Of a stretch of DNA of 64,000 nucleotides, positions 17,958-28,619 are shown piece by piece. The position numbers and the translations under genes are program-made. The number at the start of each line of letters is the position of its first letter. The stretch's first letter is position 1. The DNA comes from an uncultured Bacteroidales bacterium (GTDB lineage Bacteria > Bacteroidota > Bacteroidia > Bacteroidales > UBA4417). The stretch spans positions 4,444-68,443 of the forward strand of contig CAJAXK010000213.1 of NCBI GenBank assembly GCA_903946925.1, written 5' to 3'. A model generated the notes under the pieces. It had not been told where the DNA came from, searched no databases, and saw only the letters and a list, made by a program, of their open reading frames with translations.

Positions 17958-20006
17958 ATGATTACCCAACAACTTATAAACCCGAAAAGCATTGTAATTA
18001 TTGGAGGTTCGAATGATACCACAAAACCAGGTGGGAAAGTGGTTAAAAACCTGATTGATAACCATTTTGGTGGGAGCATTTTTGTAGTGAACCCAAAAGA
18101 AGATGAAATACAGGGGATTAAGTGCAACAAAAATGTAGATGAATTGCCGCACTGCGATTTGGCCATACTTGCCATAGCGGCAAAATACTGCCCCGAAACT
18201 GTTGAGAAACTTGCCCGCGACAAACAAACCCGTGCATTCATTATATTATCGGCTGGTTTTCACGAAGAAAGCAAGGAAGGGGCTTTACTTGAAGAAAAAA
18301 TTGTAAATACAGTGAACCAATATGGCGCTTGCCTTATTGGCCCGAATTGCATAGGTATGATGAACCATAACCACACTTCGGTTTTTACAACACCCATCCC
18401 GAAATTAGATCCAAAAGGCGTTGATTTCATATCGGGTTCAGGCGCAACGGCGGTTTTTATCATGGAAGCATCCATTCCTAAAGGGCTTAGGTTTGCAAGT
18501 GTTTATTCGGTTGGCAACAGCGCACAATTGGGCGTTGAGGATGTGTTGCAGTATTTAGACGAAACATACAACCCCGAAACAAGTTCACCTGTAAAACTGC
18601 TCTACATTGAAAGTGTGAACAAACCGGAAATGTTGCTCAAACATGCATCCTCCCTTATCAGGAAAGGATGCAAAATAGCTGCAATAAAATCAGGAAGTTC
18701 CGATGCCGGTAGCCGGGCAGCTTCCTCCCATACCGGCGCATTGGCGAGCCCAGATTCTGCGGTGGAATCCCTTTTTAGAAAAGCAGGAATTGTGCGTTGC
18801 CACTGCCGTGAAGAACTTGCAACCGTGGCTTGTATTTTTATGCACAAACCATTAAAAGGTAAAAATATAGCAATAATTACCCATGCAGGCGGCCCTGCGG
18901 TTATGTTAACAGATTCATTATCAAATGGTGGACTGGAAATCCCAAGACTCGAAAATGTGGATTTACTTTCAAAGTTATTTCCGGGTTCTTCTGTCGCCAA
19001 TCCAATTGATTTTCTTGCAACTGGCACAGCCGAACAGCTTGGCTATATAATTGATGCCTGTGAACACGATTTTCAAAACATTGATGGAATGGCAGTTATA
19101 TTTGGTAGCCCTGGTTTGTTCGAGGTTTATGATGTATATAAATTGCTGGATGAAAAAATGCGATCCTGCAGCAAACCCATTTTCCCAATCCTACCTTCAA
19201 TTATTAATGTAAAAAAAGAAATCGAATATTTTATTGAGCTTGGCCGAATTAATTTCCCTGACGAGGTAAATTTCGGGAATGCGCTTTGCAAAGTTTATAA
19301 TACCCCAAACCCAATACCAGAAATTATTGAACAACCTGAAATTGATACTGTTACCATCCGTTCAATTATTGATCAGGCTGAAAATGGGTATTTGCATCCA
19401 GAAAAAGTTCAGGCATTGTTGGATGCAGCTGGAATTCCCCGGGCAGGTGAAGCAGTGGCCTCTAACAAAGAAGAGGCAATCCATGCTGCTTCGGAATTGG
19501 GTTTGCCCGTGGTTATGAAAGTTGTAGGTCCTGTTCATAAATCGGATGTTGGCGGCGTGGTGCTAAATGTAAAAAACTTTGATCAGGTTGCTATTGAATT
19601 TGATCGCATGATTCAGATAAAAGATACAACTGCCATTTTAATACAGCCTATGCTCTCCGGTCATTCAGTCTATGTAGGTGCTGCTAAGGTTTCTAATTTT
19701 GGACATGCAATCTTTTGTGGACTTGGCGGCATTTATATAGAAGTGTTGAACGATATTTTGAGTTCGCTTGCTCCTGTTTCTTACGAAGAAGCTTTGAATA
19801 TGATTTCACGCTTGAAAAGTTACAAAATCATACAAGGTGCCCGTGGGCAGGAAGGCTTGAACGAGAAACTATTTGCTGATGTTGTTACACATGTATCTGC
19901 TCTTTGCAAGGTTGCTCCCGAAATTGCTGAAATGGATATCAACCCTCTTATGGGAAATATGAAGGTTTTGAAAGCCGTTGATGCCCGAATCAGTATCGAG
20001 AAATAA
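17958..20006 (+). CDS. acetate--CoA ligase (ADP-forming) family protein (CoA-binding + ligase-CoA + ATP-grasp)
   Basis: N-terminal INPKSIVIIGGSNDTTKPGG CoA-binding start, conserved His region SSHTGALAS, C-terminal ATP-grasp. Confidence 0.85.
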   Translation: MITQQLINPKSIVIIGGSNDTTKPGGKVVKNLIDNHFGGSIFVVNPKEDEIQGIKCNKNVDELPHCDLAILAIAAKYCPETVEKLARDKQTRAFIILSAGFHEESKEGALLEEKIVNTVNQYGACLIGPNCIGMMNHNHTSVFTTPIPKLDPKGVDFISGSGATAVFIMEASIPKGLRFASVYSVGNSAQLGVEDVLQYLDETYNPETSSPVKLLYIESVNKPEMLLKHASSLIRKGCKIAAIKSGSSDAGSRAASSHTGALASPDSAVESLFRKAGIVRCHCREELATVACIFMHKPLKGKNIAIITHAGGPAVMLTDSLSNGGLEIPRLENVDLLSKLFPGSSVANPIDFLATGTAEQLGYIIDACEHDFQNIDGMAVIFGSPGLFEVYDVYKLLDEKMRSCSKPIFPILPSIINVKKEIEYFIELGRINFPDEVNFGNALCKVYNTPNPIPEIIEQPEIDTVTIRSIIDQAENGYLHPEKVQALLDAAGIPRAGEAVASNKEEAIHAASELGLPVVMKVVGPVHKSDVGGVVLNVKNFDQVAIEFDRMIQIKDTTAILIQPMLSGHSVYVGAAKVSNFGHAIFCGLGGIYIEVLNDILSSLAPVSYEEALNMISRLKSYKIIQGARGQEGLNEKLFADVVTHVSALCKVAPEIAEMDINPLMGNMKVLKAVDARISIEK

Positions 20007-20027
20007 ACAATTAAACTAATTTCGAAC

Positions 20028-20714
20028 ATGATAAAAAAAAGTGATGTCATTTTCTTAGCAATAATACTCATTGTAATTGCTCTGTTTGTTTTTGTCGAAC
20101 CAGTTTTGGCTTGGTATATGCAGTTCAACAAGGAACATGGAATGGTTATGAGTTTTTTGAAATTTGCCATTCTTGCCACCCTTGGCGAGGTAATTGCCTT
20201 GCGCATTCGCATAGGTAATTACAGCGAACCCGGTTTTGGGCTTGTGCCACGCATGATAGTATGGGGTTTTCTGGGGCTGGCGATCAACCTTGCATTTCTG
20301 ATATTTTCTACAGGCGCACCATCGTTCCTTGCTTATTTGGGTATTATTAACGCTCCCGAAGCGATGAAAGGTGGTTTTTCCTCCTTAAAACTGTTGGATG
20401 CTTTTACCATTTCCACCACAATGAACCTGATTTTTGCTCCGGTAATGATGACAATCCACAAGATTACAGATACACATATCATAAAAACTGGTGGCTCACT
20501 TAGTGGCTTCTTCTCCCCTATTCCGGTTGCCCAAATTTTTAAAAATATGAATTGGGATGTAATGTGGAATTTCGTTTTCAAAAAAACAATCCCATTTTTC
20601 TGGATTCCGGCACATACTATTACCTTCCTTTTGCCTGCCGAATTCAGGGTTTTGTTTGCAGCTTTGCTCGGAATCGCCTTAGGCTTAATACTCGCAATCG
20701 CTAAAGGGAAGTAA
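20028..20714 (+). CDS. integral membrane protein, function unknown
   Basis: About 6 hydrophobic segments. 21 nt downstream of the ligase gene. Confidence 0.55.
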   Translation: MIKKSDVIFLAIILIVIALFVFVEPVLAWYMQFNKEHGMVMSFLKFAILATLGEVIALRIRIGNYSEPGFGLVPRMIVWGFLGLAINLAFLIFSTGAPSFLAYLGIINAPEAMKGGFSSLKLLDAFTISTTMNLIFAPVMMTIHKITDTHIIKTGGSLSGFFSPIPVAQIFKNMNWDVMWNFVFKKTIPFFWIPAHTITFLLPAEFRVLFAALLGIALGLILAIAKGK

Positions 20715-20825
20715 TACAATTGCTCCAAGCAAACCATAAGAAATCTCAGCAACACTGATTGATTAGAACTATTTTCTTAGCTAAATTCCATCCGTTTCAA
20801 AAAAAATTAAACGCAAAACCACGCC

Positions 20826-23030
20826 ATGAACAACATCAGGAAAGAGCCACTCAATACTTTGGGGCACAATTTTATTCCGGCTCAATACATTCCACAGGGG
20901 AAGGATGAATATTATTTACGCCATATTCAAAATCCGGATAGCAGTAGGTACAGGCAACTGAATGCACACGAAATTGAAGTTTTGGTGCGCAACCGCAATA
21001 CCTGCGATAATTGGAATACGTTGTTGGTTTCGGAGGCTTTTAACCCCGATTTGGTAAAAAACTGCAAGTTCTTTGGCTTGGTGCGGATCGGGAAACTTGA
21101 ATCCTTTTTTCTAGAATTCAACGACTTGCGTATGCCGGTTGGCTTATACAACAGCATAATTATCAATTGCGATTTTGGCGATAATGTTGTGATTGACAAT
21201 GTGAATTACATGGCATACTATATCATTGGCAACGAAGTAATTATAACCAATGTTAACGAAATGTCAACATCCAGCCATGCCAAATTCGGGAATGGCATTT
21301 TAACCGAAGGCGAACCCGAAGAGGTTAGGATTTGGATGGAAATCTGCAATGAAAATGGCGGCAGGGCAGTGATTCCTTTCGATGGGATGCTTCCAGGCGA
21401 TGCTTGGCTTTGGAGCCGCGACAGGCAAAACGAAGATTTACAGCGCCGTTACCGGGAAATGACCGAGAAGAAATTCGATAACCAACGTGGGTATTATGGA
21501 ACCATCGGCGATCGGACTGTAATTAAAAATTGCAGCATCATCAAGGATGTTAAAGCTGGTTCGGATGCTTACCTTAAAGGTGCGAATAAATTAAAAAACC
21601 TCACTATCAATTCAACTCCTGAAGCTATTACCCAGATTGGCGAAGGATGCGAATTGGTAAACGGGATTATTGGAAAAGGTTGCCGCATTTTTTATGGCGT
21701 AAAAGCCGTAAGGTTTATGCTCGGTTCCAATTCGCAATTAAAATATGGCGCACGCTTAATCAATTCATTTTTAGGCGACAATGCCACTATTTCGTGTTGC
21801 GAGGTTTTAAATTCGTTGATTTTTCCCGCACACGAACAGCACCACAACAATTCCTTCCTGATAGCAGCCACCATCGAAGGGCAGAGCAATATTGCAGCAG
21901 GGGCAACCATAGGTTCCAACCACAACAGCCGGGGTGCCGATGGCGAACTGTTGGCTGGCCGCGGTTTCTGGCCTGCGTTATGTACCAGTTTGAAACATAA
22001 TTCGCGTTTCGCACCTTTCACCATCTTAACAAAAGCCGATTATCCTGCCGAACTCGATATCCCTTTTCCTTTTGCTTTGGTAAGCAACGATGTTTCTAAG
22101 GACGAATTGCAGATTATGCCGGCTTATTGGCTGATGTACAACCAGTTTGCCCTGGAACGCAATGCATGGAAATGCGAATCACGCGACAAGCGGACTGAAA
22201 AAACCCAACATCTGGATGCCCATTATTTAGCCCCTGATACCATAAACTCGATTTTTGAATCATTAAAATTGCTTGAGTTATTTGCCGGGAAAGACTATTG
22301 CAGTATCAACCTGTCAGAAAAATCATTTACGGAAAGCGAATATCGTAATTTTGGGGCTGCTTATTTGTTGGACAAAAATAATAATCCCACTTCTTTTACT
22401 ATCCAAAACCATACTTTCGAAAACAGCAACCGCGCTGTTAAATTGCTTAAACCTGCCAGTGCCTACCGTTCCTACCGCGATTACATTACCTTTTACGCCA
22501 TGGAAGGGATATTGGATTTTTGCAGGAATAATGAATGGCTAAAAAAAGATGCACTTTTAACATTTGTCAATACCCCAAAAGATAGGCTGGATTTTGTAAA
22601 TGTGGGTGGCCAAATGATTCCATCCAATGAAATGAGTCGGTTGAAAGAGAAAATCGTTTCGTATGAGGTTATTAGCTGGCAGCAAGTGCATGAATTTTAT
22701 GTTGCCCAAGGTGTTGCATATAGCAGCCAAAAGCTGGATCACGCATTAGCATCGCTGCATGAACTTAACAACAATGTTGTATTTGACGAAACTTCATTGC
22801 AAGGAATGCTTTTATGGTATCTCGATTTTCGCAAATATTTGTTGGCCGAAATCCGCCATTCGCGGCAAAAAGACTACGAAAACCCTTTCCGTAAAATGAT
22901 GTATGCCGACACAAAAGAAATGGAAGCCGTGATTGGCAAACTGGATAAAACGCCTTTTATACTACTGCAACAGGAAAAGTTGAAAAAAGACACTCTGTTT
23001 GTTCAGGGCCTAATTGAGCGCTTAAAATAG
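20826..23030 (+). CDS. DUF4954-like protein with left-handed beta-helix region
   Basis: N-terminal YRQLNAHEIEVLVRNRNTCDNW... and hexapeptide-like repeats. Family assignment is from memory only. Confidence 0.55.
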   Translation: MNNIRKEPLNTLGHNFIPAQYIPQGKDEYYLRHIQNPDSSRYRQLNAHEIEVLVRNRNTCDNWNTLLVSEAFNPDLVKNCKFFGLVRIGKLESFFLEFNDLRMPVGLYNSIIINCDFGDNVVIDNVNYMAYYIIGNEVIITNVNEMSTSSHAKFGNGILTEGEPEEVRIWMEICNENGGRAVIPFDGMLPGDAWLWSRDRQNEDLQRRYREMTEKKFDNQRGYYGTIGDRTVIKNCSIIKDVKAGSDAYLKGANKLKNLTINSTPEAITQIGEGCELVNGIIGKGCRIFYGVKAVRFMLGSNSQLKYGARLINSFLGDNATISCCEVLNSLIFPAHEQHHNNSFLIAATIEGQSNIAAGATIGSNHNSRGADGELLAGRGFWPALCTSLKHNSRFAPFTILTKADYPAELDIPFPFALVSNDVSKDELQIMPAYWLMYNQFALERNAWKCESRDKRTEKTQHLDAHYLAPDTINSIFESLKLLELFAGKDYCSINLSEKSFTESEYRNFGAAYLLDKNNNPTSFTIQNHTFENSNRAVKLLKPASAYRSYRDYITFYAMEGILDFCRNNEWLKKDALLTFVNTPKDRLDFVNVGGQMIPSNEMSRLKEKIVSYEVISWQQVHEFYVAQGVAYSSQKLDHALASLHELNNNVVFDETSLQGMLLWYLDFRKYLLAEIRHSRQKDYENPFRKMMYADTKEMEAVIGKLDKTPFILLQQEKLKKDTLFVQGLIERLK

Positions 23031-23173
23031 AAAAACCTAATTTTTTACGGATTAAAAATCTTTGAAATTAGTTAAGCATTTCTGATTGCACTGACTGCAA
23101 TATAGGCTTAAACTCTGCCAATAAAGCAAAAAATAGCAATCTGATTCCAGAAAACAAGGCCTTGCCTTTTGGG

Positions 23174-23758
23174 TTACTTCTCCCCTTTCAAGGCTTTTTC
23201 TATATTTTTATCGGGTATTAACCACATAATCGAGATGATTACATACATGGATGCCGAAATAATTGGGCTCACATACGCTAAAGGTATCGAAATAAAGTAA
23301 CCTATTGTGGAAGCTATCCCTTTTTTATTAAGGATAACAAATGCCTCCCTAAGTGCTTCGATATCATGTGAGTTGCGTTCGACGATTTTCATCAAAATAA
23401 AAAAAGAAAATCCGCTAACTAATAAAATGGCTCCATAATTTGCAACGGTATTCGGGGCAAAGTGGTTTTCGCCCATCCATCCGGTTGCAAAAGGAATCAA
23501 CGACAACCAAAACAATAGGTTGAGATTGGAAAGGATAATTCCTGACGAAACCTGTTTTACCGAATGTAGAAGGTGGTGGTGGTTTCCCCAATAAATTCCA
23601 ATATACACAAAACTAAATACATAGCTGATAAAAACAGGAGTCAATTTAAATAAATCTTTCCATTCGGCTCCTTCGGGAACTTTTATTTCCAGTACCATTA
23701 TGGTTATAATAATAGCGAGGACACCATCGCTAAATGCTTCCAGTCGGTTTTTATTCAT
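23174..23758 (-). CDS. TMEM175/DUF1211 family potassium channel
   Basis: RLEAFSDGVLAIIITIMVLE signature at the N-terminus, six TM segments. Confidence 0.85.
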   Translation of the reverse strand: MNKNRLEAFSDGVLAIIITIMVLEIKVPEGAEWKDLFKLTPVFISYVFSFVYIGIYWGNHHHLLHSVKQVSSGIILSNLNLLFWLSLIPFATGWMGENHFAPNTVANYGAILLVSGFSFFILMKIVERNSHDIEALREAFVILNKKGIASTIGYFISIPLAYVSPIISASMYVIISIMWLIPDKNIEKALKGEK

Positions 23759-23902
23759 TTTATTTGGTTTTAACTTTCAGAGTTTATTTTACAACAAACC
23801 AACCAAAAACGGAAATGTTTTTGAACAGAATCCAAATATACAAAATCTTGTTTTGCACATTTGTATGGTGGATAGTGTTCGCTTGCTAAGTATCTTTGCA
23901 AA

Positions 23903-24679
23903 ATGGATTCCACACATCAGCAGCTTTACGAATTTCTCGAAGAAAAGGCTAGTTTTTATAACAATCCCACATTTATTGAGAGCGATCCCATCAGCATTCC
24001 TCATCTTTTTACGAAGAAAGAAGATGTAGAAATTGCAGGTTTTTTAGCAGCTACCCTTGCCTGGGGCCAACGGGTTACCATTATAAACAAGAGCAGCGAA
24101 CTAATGCAACGCACGGATAATGCGCCTTTCGATTTTGTTTATAATGCTACAGCTAAAGACATTGCAGGGTTCTCAAGCTTTGTTCATCGAACATTCCAGG
24201 GTATAGATTGCATGTATTTTATGCTTGCCATCCAACAAATATACTTAAAATCGGGTGGGCTTGAAACTGTTTTTACCAATGGGTATTTGCCAAACAAGAG
24301 CATAAAGGAATCAATTTGCCATTTCAGGGATATATTTTTCGGATTTGAGCATTTGCACCGCTCCAGAAAGCATGTTCCCGATCCAAAGAGCGGTTCGGCA
24401 GCAAAAAGGATTAATATGTACTTGCGTTGGATGGTTAGGAATGATGGAAAAGGGGTTGATTTTGGGATTTGGAAAGAAATCAATCCATCGGATTTGCTGT
24501 GCCCATTGGATCTCCACTCAGGTAAAATTGCACGTAAACTTGGCCTCTTAAACCGAAAACCCGATGATTGGCAAGCTGTTGAAGAACTAACGGATAATTT
24601 ACGCCAATTCGACTCAGTGGATCCTGTAAAATATGATTTTGCACTTTTTGGAATCGGTGTTAACGAAAAATATTTTTAG
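23903..24679 (+). CDS. TIGR02757 (DUF2400) family protein
   Basis: SDPISIPHLF...EIAGFLAATLAWGQR pattern typical of this family. Confidence 0.75.
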   Translation: MDSTHQQLYEFLEEKASFYNNPTFIESDPISIPHLFTKKEDVEIAGFLAATLAWGQRVTIINKSSELMQRTDNAPFDFVYNATAKDIAGFSSFVHRTFQGIDCMYFMLAIQQIYLKSGGLETVFTNGYLPNKSIKESICHFRDIFFGFEHLHRSRKHVPDPKSGSAAKRINMYLRWMVRNDGKGVDFGIWKEINPSDLLCPLDLHSGKIARKLGLLNRKPDDWQAVEELTDNLRQFDSVDPVKYDFALFGIGVNEKYF

Positions 24680-24735
24680 GTGGTTAGGATATAAGGCTTT
24701 TAGGCAGTTAGGCTTTTAGGCTGTTAGGCTATTAG
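24677..24735 (+). repeat. octamer-periodic TTAGGC low-complexity tract at a gene 3' end
   Basis: taggtggttaggatataaggcttttaggcagttaggcttttaggctgttaggctattag, starting on the stop codon. Confidence 0.7.
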
Positions 24736-24811
24736 ATGAAAGATGACTGAAATGCATTTTAAAAAAAATGCCATAAAATTATCAGTAAAACCAATTAATC
24801 AATAAGTTAAC

Positions 24812-25126
24812 ATGGAAATAAATGATATCCAAAACCTTATAGCAAGCAAAACCGCTGTTCTGGTTTATTTTTACAACGATGCCTGTGCGCCTTGCAAAAT
24901 ACTGAGGCCAAAAGTGCAGGAAATGATTGAAACACATTTCCCGAAGATGGATTTTCAATTGGTAAATACCGAAAAATATTCTGCTACAGCCGCCCAGTTT
25001 GGGGTTTTTGCTTCCCCTACCCTACTTGTTTTTTTTGAAGGGAAGGAGTATATAAGGGAAAGTAAAAACATATCCATCAGCGAATTACACGATAAAATAG
25101 AAAGGATTTATGGGATGGTGTTTTAA
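24812..25126 (+). CDS. thioredoxin-family protein
   Basis: CAPC active-site motif (NDACAPCKILRP), about 100 aa. Confidence 0.8.
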   Translation: MEINDIQNLIASKTAVLVYFYNDACAPCKILRPKVQEMIETHFPKMDFQLVNTEKYSATAAQFGVFASPTLLVFFEGKEYIRESKNISISELHDKIERIYGMVF

Positions 25127-25243
25127 AGAAACTCCAAACTATTTTGATGGCCAAATAATCATCTAACCTGAAATTCAGAAGACGAAAAATTGGAATATCT
25201 GAAATAATTCCCTTTATAAATCAAATAATACAGCTCAACCCTT

Positions 25244-26863
25244 TCACTTTATCTCTTCAATCTTCCCAATAATTTTTGATAGGGCTTCGCTGAGTTTTGC
25301 CTCGGGTGTAATAATATTGTAGGTTTCCCAAAAATCGTTGTCGGGGCTGTAAGGCTCGTCGGAGAAAACAATGTTGGGTTTTAGCACTTCCTGCCTAGGG
25401 AATTTTACAACATTCACAGTATCAATATGGCATGTAGCAAGTTCGAGGAAAGTGTGGAAATTATCGCTGGAAAAATGGTTCTTGTTACGTGTTTTTAAAT
25501 GTATGTCGCACCTGATATGGTTAAGGTAATACTTGCCATTAAAAGGGGTATAACCGATTGAATAATTGATTTTTTCGAGTTTAACAATGAGTTTATGGCT
25601 CTTTTTTAGTATCAGGTTTTCGGCAGCTTTATCCAAAAAAGCAGGGTTTATTTCGAAATCGGCACCTAATATGGCAAAGGTCTCCTTATCGATAAATACC
25701 GTTCCCTTGTAGAGTGCTTCCTTTATTCCTTCATTTTGTACAAAAGAAATGGCATAAGCCGATGTTTCGTTATGCGAAACCAGGTCGGAATAGGTATAAG
25801 TATATTCGGTTGGCGATGACTGGTCGAGAAAACCAGGTACAGATTTAATAATATCGAGTTGCAAAGCCGATAATATTCCACCTTTGAGTTTAAGATATAC
25901 GGTATCGGTTAATTCCTGGTTTTGGATTTTCCGCGATTTCAGCAATTTCACCTGATCGGAATTTGCACTGTAACCAACCGGTGATTTGTAAACCTTAAAA
26001 ACTGCTTCGGAATAACTGATGTTCTTTTTGTTTTTCTCAACCCCTTCGCGATAAAATGAAGTGGTGTAAACTGGTTGAAGGCTATTGTTGGTTTTGCGTT
26101 GCTCCATCGCCTTGCTAATCAGAAGCGAGGGATCAAAATAACGGATAATAACTTCCTGTAAACTGATGATTCTGCGTTCAAGAAAAATATCGACTTTCTG
26201 TTCGTGAAGCAATTTTATCGGTATTCGTTGCCCTGTATAGCCCAAATGCGACACAATTAACGATGCACCCGAATAGGTAGCCGGAACTTTCAACGAAAAA
26301 AAACCGTCTTCGTTGGTGATGGTGCCAATATTTTCTTCCACAATACCAATGCTTACAAACGGAATTGCCGATTTGCCCTCGTTATCGAAAATATGCCCTT
26401 TGATAACTATAGTTTTTATGCTGTCGGCGATTAGGTTTGCATTTTGCTTTTGAACAGTAATAGGCTTTTCGCCCTCATTTCGGTAAATAAGAATATGCTC
26501 GCCGATAATTTTGTAACTAAGTTCAGGATTAGACAGAACATTATCAAGTACCTGCTTAATAGATTGGTTTTCAGCTACTAATTTTACTTTTTTATCGCTT
26601 TCAACAATTTCGCTATCGTATATAAACAGGCAACCAGCTTTTAGGGAAATAATATTTAGCGCATTGTAAAGTGTAGTATGTTGCTTTGGAATTGAAATGG
26701 TTTTATCCAAAAGGGAAGCCTGGGCAAAAATAGGCTCGGTAAAGACCAAAAGAAAGGAAGTACAGAATATAAAAACTGTAAAAGCAGGGAAAAAACGTTT
26801 TTTTAAAGTCGGCCTAATTTCGCTTTCCGCCAGATTTAATTTCGGATAATACAACTGAACCAT
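25244..26863 (-). CDS. STN-domain + carboxypeptidase-regulatory-like domain protein (FecR partner; not a TonB-dependent barrel)
   Basis: Signal peptide. STN-like KTISIPKQHTTLYNALNIISLKAGCLFIYDS...SIKQVLDNVLSNPELSYKIIGEHILIY. CarboxypepD_reg-like IKGHIFDNEGKSAIPFVSIGI...GFFSL. The C-terminal ~330 aa are paralogous to 28620-29879. Confidence 0.65.
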   Translation of the reverse strand: MVQLYYPKLNLAESEIRPTLKKRFFPAFTVFIFCTSFLLVFTEPIFAQASLLDKTISIPKQHTTLYNALNIISLKAGCLFIYDSEIVESDKKVKLVAENQSIKQVLDNVLSNPELSYKIIGEHILIYRNEGEKPITVQKQNANLIADSIKTIVIKGHIFDNEGKSAIPFVSIGIVEENIGTITNEDGFFSLKVPATYSGASLIVSHLGYTGQRIPIKLLHEQKVDIFLERRIISLQEVIIRYFDPSLLISKAMEQRKTNNSLQPVYTTSFYREGVEKNKKNISYSEAVFKVYKSPVGYSANSDQVKLLKSRKIQNQELTDTVYLKLKGGILSALQLDIIKSVPGFLDQSSPTEYTYTYSDLVSHNETSAYAISFVQNEGIKEALYKGTVFIDKETFAILGADFEINPAFLDKAAENLILKKSHKLIVKLEKINYSIGYTPFNGKYYLNHIRCDIHLKTRNKNHFSSDNFHTFLELATCHIDTVNVVKFPRQEVLKPNIVFSDEPYSPDNDFWETYNIITPEAKLSEALSKIIGKIEEIK

Positions 26864-27851
26864 TGCTATTTTGGCTTTTCAGGTTGAGTGTTGTGCAAAG
26901 AAGTTCGGTCATGGTTTCGGCAGTTTCATCCTGAAATGTAACTGTCAGTTTCCGGTTTCCGGTTTCGGTATTAGCAGCCACAAAAGTAGTGTTGAAATTC
27001 CGATTTAGCACATTTATAATATTTTTCAAGGGTTCATCCTTGAAGTGCATACTTTTTTTATACCAAGCTGAAAAATCGGAAGTACTTTGTTTTGACTTAA
27101 CAAGACTGTTGTTTTTTGTGGCAGTGATGCTTTCGCCAGCTTCAACAAATGCCGTGGTTGAAGGCCGGTTTTTGAGCGTTACCTTTACTTTACCACGTTC
27201 AACATTTAGTTTAAACGCTGATCCGTTTTGTGTTTTAACTGTAAAAGCAGTACCAAGTACCTGAATAATAGCTTCATCCGTTTCGATTATAAAAGGCTGG
27301 TTTGGATTGGGCGTAATATCAAAAAAAGCTTCCCCTTTTAATTCAACATTGCGCGAATCCTCTTCAAATTTCTCAGGAAACGAAAACAACGAATTTTGCG
27401 CTATGTAGATAACCGAACCATCGGCAAGCGTTTTAATGAGTGTGTTTGTCTCGCTTTGGGTGTTTAAACTTACCATTTCAATAGCGGGCTTGCGGTTTAG
27501 GCTCAAATAAAGCACTGTGCCAACAGTAAGAAAGAGAATTATTGCAGCAGCAATTTTAAAGAATCCCGAAGATACCAAGCTTTTATTGGAACCGTCCTGA
27601 TTAGGGATTAGGTTTTCATCCAAAAGGCGGCTATGAAGCTTTTTCCAGGCTTTGCTGGCATCTGGCATCTTGTCGCCATCATATTCACTTATTGCCAACC
27701 AGTTGTGTTTCATTTTCTCAATTATTTCTTTATTTCCTTCCGAATCGGAAAACTGCCTCTCGAAATCCTGCATTTCTATTTCGTCCATTTCCCCGCTTAG
27801 GTATTTAGCGAGCAATCCGGAGTTTTGTGGGTCATTTATTTTTGAGTTCAT
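26814..27851 (-). CDS. FecR-family anti-sigma factor
   Basis: Cytoplasmic N-terminus, single TM (FFKIAAAIILFLTVGTVLYLSL), periplasmic FecR domain (DGSVIYIAQNS, VELKGEAFFDI). Confidence 0.85.
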   Translation of the reverse strand: MNSKINDPQNSGLLAKYLSGEMDEIEMQDFERQFSDSEGNKEIIEKMKHNWLAISEYDGDKMPDASKAWKKLHSRLLDENLIPNQDGSNKSLVSSGFFKIAAAIILFLTVGTVLYLSLNRKPAIEMVSLNTQSETNTLIKTLADGSVIYIAQNSLFSFPEKFEEDSRNVELKGEAFFDITPNPNQPFIIETDEAIIQVLGTAFTVKTQNGSAFKLNVERGKVKVTLKNRPSTTAFVEAGESITATKNNSLVKSKQSTSDFSAWYKKSMHFKDEPLKNIINVLNRNFNTTFVAANTETGNRKLTVTFQDETAETMTELLCTTLNLKSQNSNGSVVLSEIKSGGKRN

Positions 27852-27908
27852 TTTCCTAGTTTTTAAATACTGGTTTCAAATACATTGTTTGTCGAGGTTG
27901 GTATTTTT

Positions 27909-28478
27909 TCAAACCTTGATTTTGATCCTTTCACCAGAATAATCTTTCAACGACTTTCGAAAAAATTGAAGTGCCTTGCCCATATCAGCTTCAACAGTTT
28001 TTATGGAAATTGACATGATTTCAGCTATTTCGCGGTATTTTTTGCCTTCGAACCTGTTCATCCGGAAAACCGTTGAGCAACGTTCGGGCATTTGCTGTAG
28101 TGTTGAACTTATTATTTTATTCAATTCGCGCAATTCAAGCTTCTGATCGGTTTCACCTAAAATGCCATCTTTATTCTCCATTTCTACTTGCTCGGCATAA
28201 TCATTCCGGATGCGTAAATGTTGTAAGTAATGGAGCGCATTGTTATGGATGGAGTGATAGAGGTAAGCGTTCAGGTTTAATTTTGGTTTAAATGTTTCGC
28301 GGTTTTTCCAGAAATTATAAAAGAAATCTTGTACTATGTCTTCGGCTGCGTCCATATCCTTGAGTATTTTATTGGCCTGAACACATAAAGGACCAAAGTA
28401 TTTCGCAAAAAGGCGTTCAAATTCCCCGATGTCGCCACCTTGAATTTTCTTTTGTATGAAAAACTCATTCAGGTTCAT
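27909..28478 (-). CDS. ECF-type RNA polymerase sigma-70 family factor
   Basis: Region 2 (AEDIVQDFFYNFW) and region 4 HTH (KYREIAEIMSISIKTVEADMGKAL). Confidence 0.9.
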   Translation of the reverse strand: MNLNEFFIQKKIQGGDIGEFERLFAKYFGPLCVQANKILKDMDAAEDIVQDFFYNFWKNRETFKPKLNLNAYLYHSIHNNALHYLQHLRIRNDYAEQVEMENKDGILGETDQKLELRELNKIISSTLQQMPERCSTVFRMNRFEGKKYREIAEIMSISIKTVEADMGKALQFFRKSLKDYSGERIKIKV

Positions 28479-28496
28479 GGAGTTGATTATTTAATG

Positions 28497-28612
28497 TGAT
28501 AATGCGATAATGTGCTAATTATCGCATTAAGGTTAATTTGTACATCCGACTGCAATCTCATTTTATCAAATTCAATCATTCCTTCATTATCGCATCAGCA
28601 CATTACCGCATT
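28497..28612. repeat. long imperfect inverted repeat (GATAATGCG-type arms)
   Basis: gataatgcgataatgtgct (about 28499-28517) pairs with agcacattaccgcattatc (about 28591-28609). This is a 19-bp stem with one G.T, directly after the stop of 28620-29879. Confidence 0.7.
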
Positions 28613-28619
28613 ATCTGCA

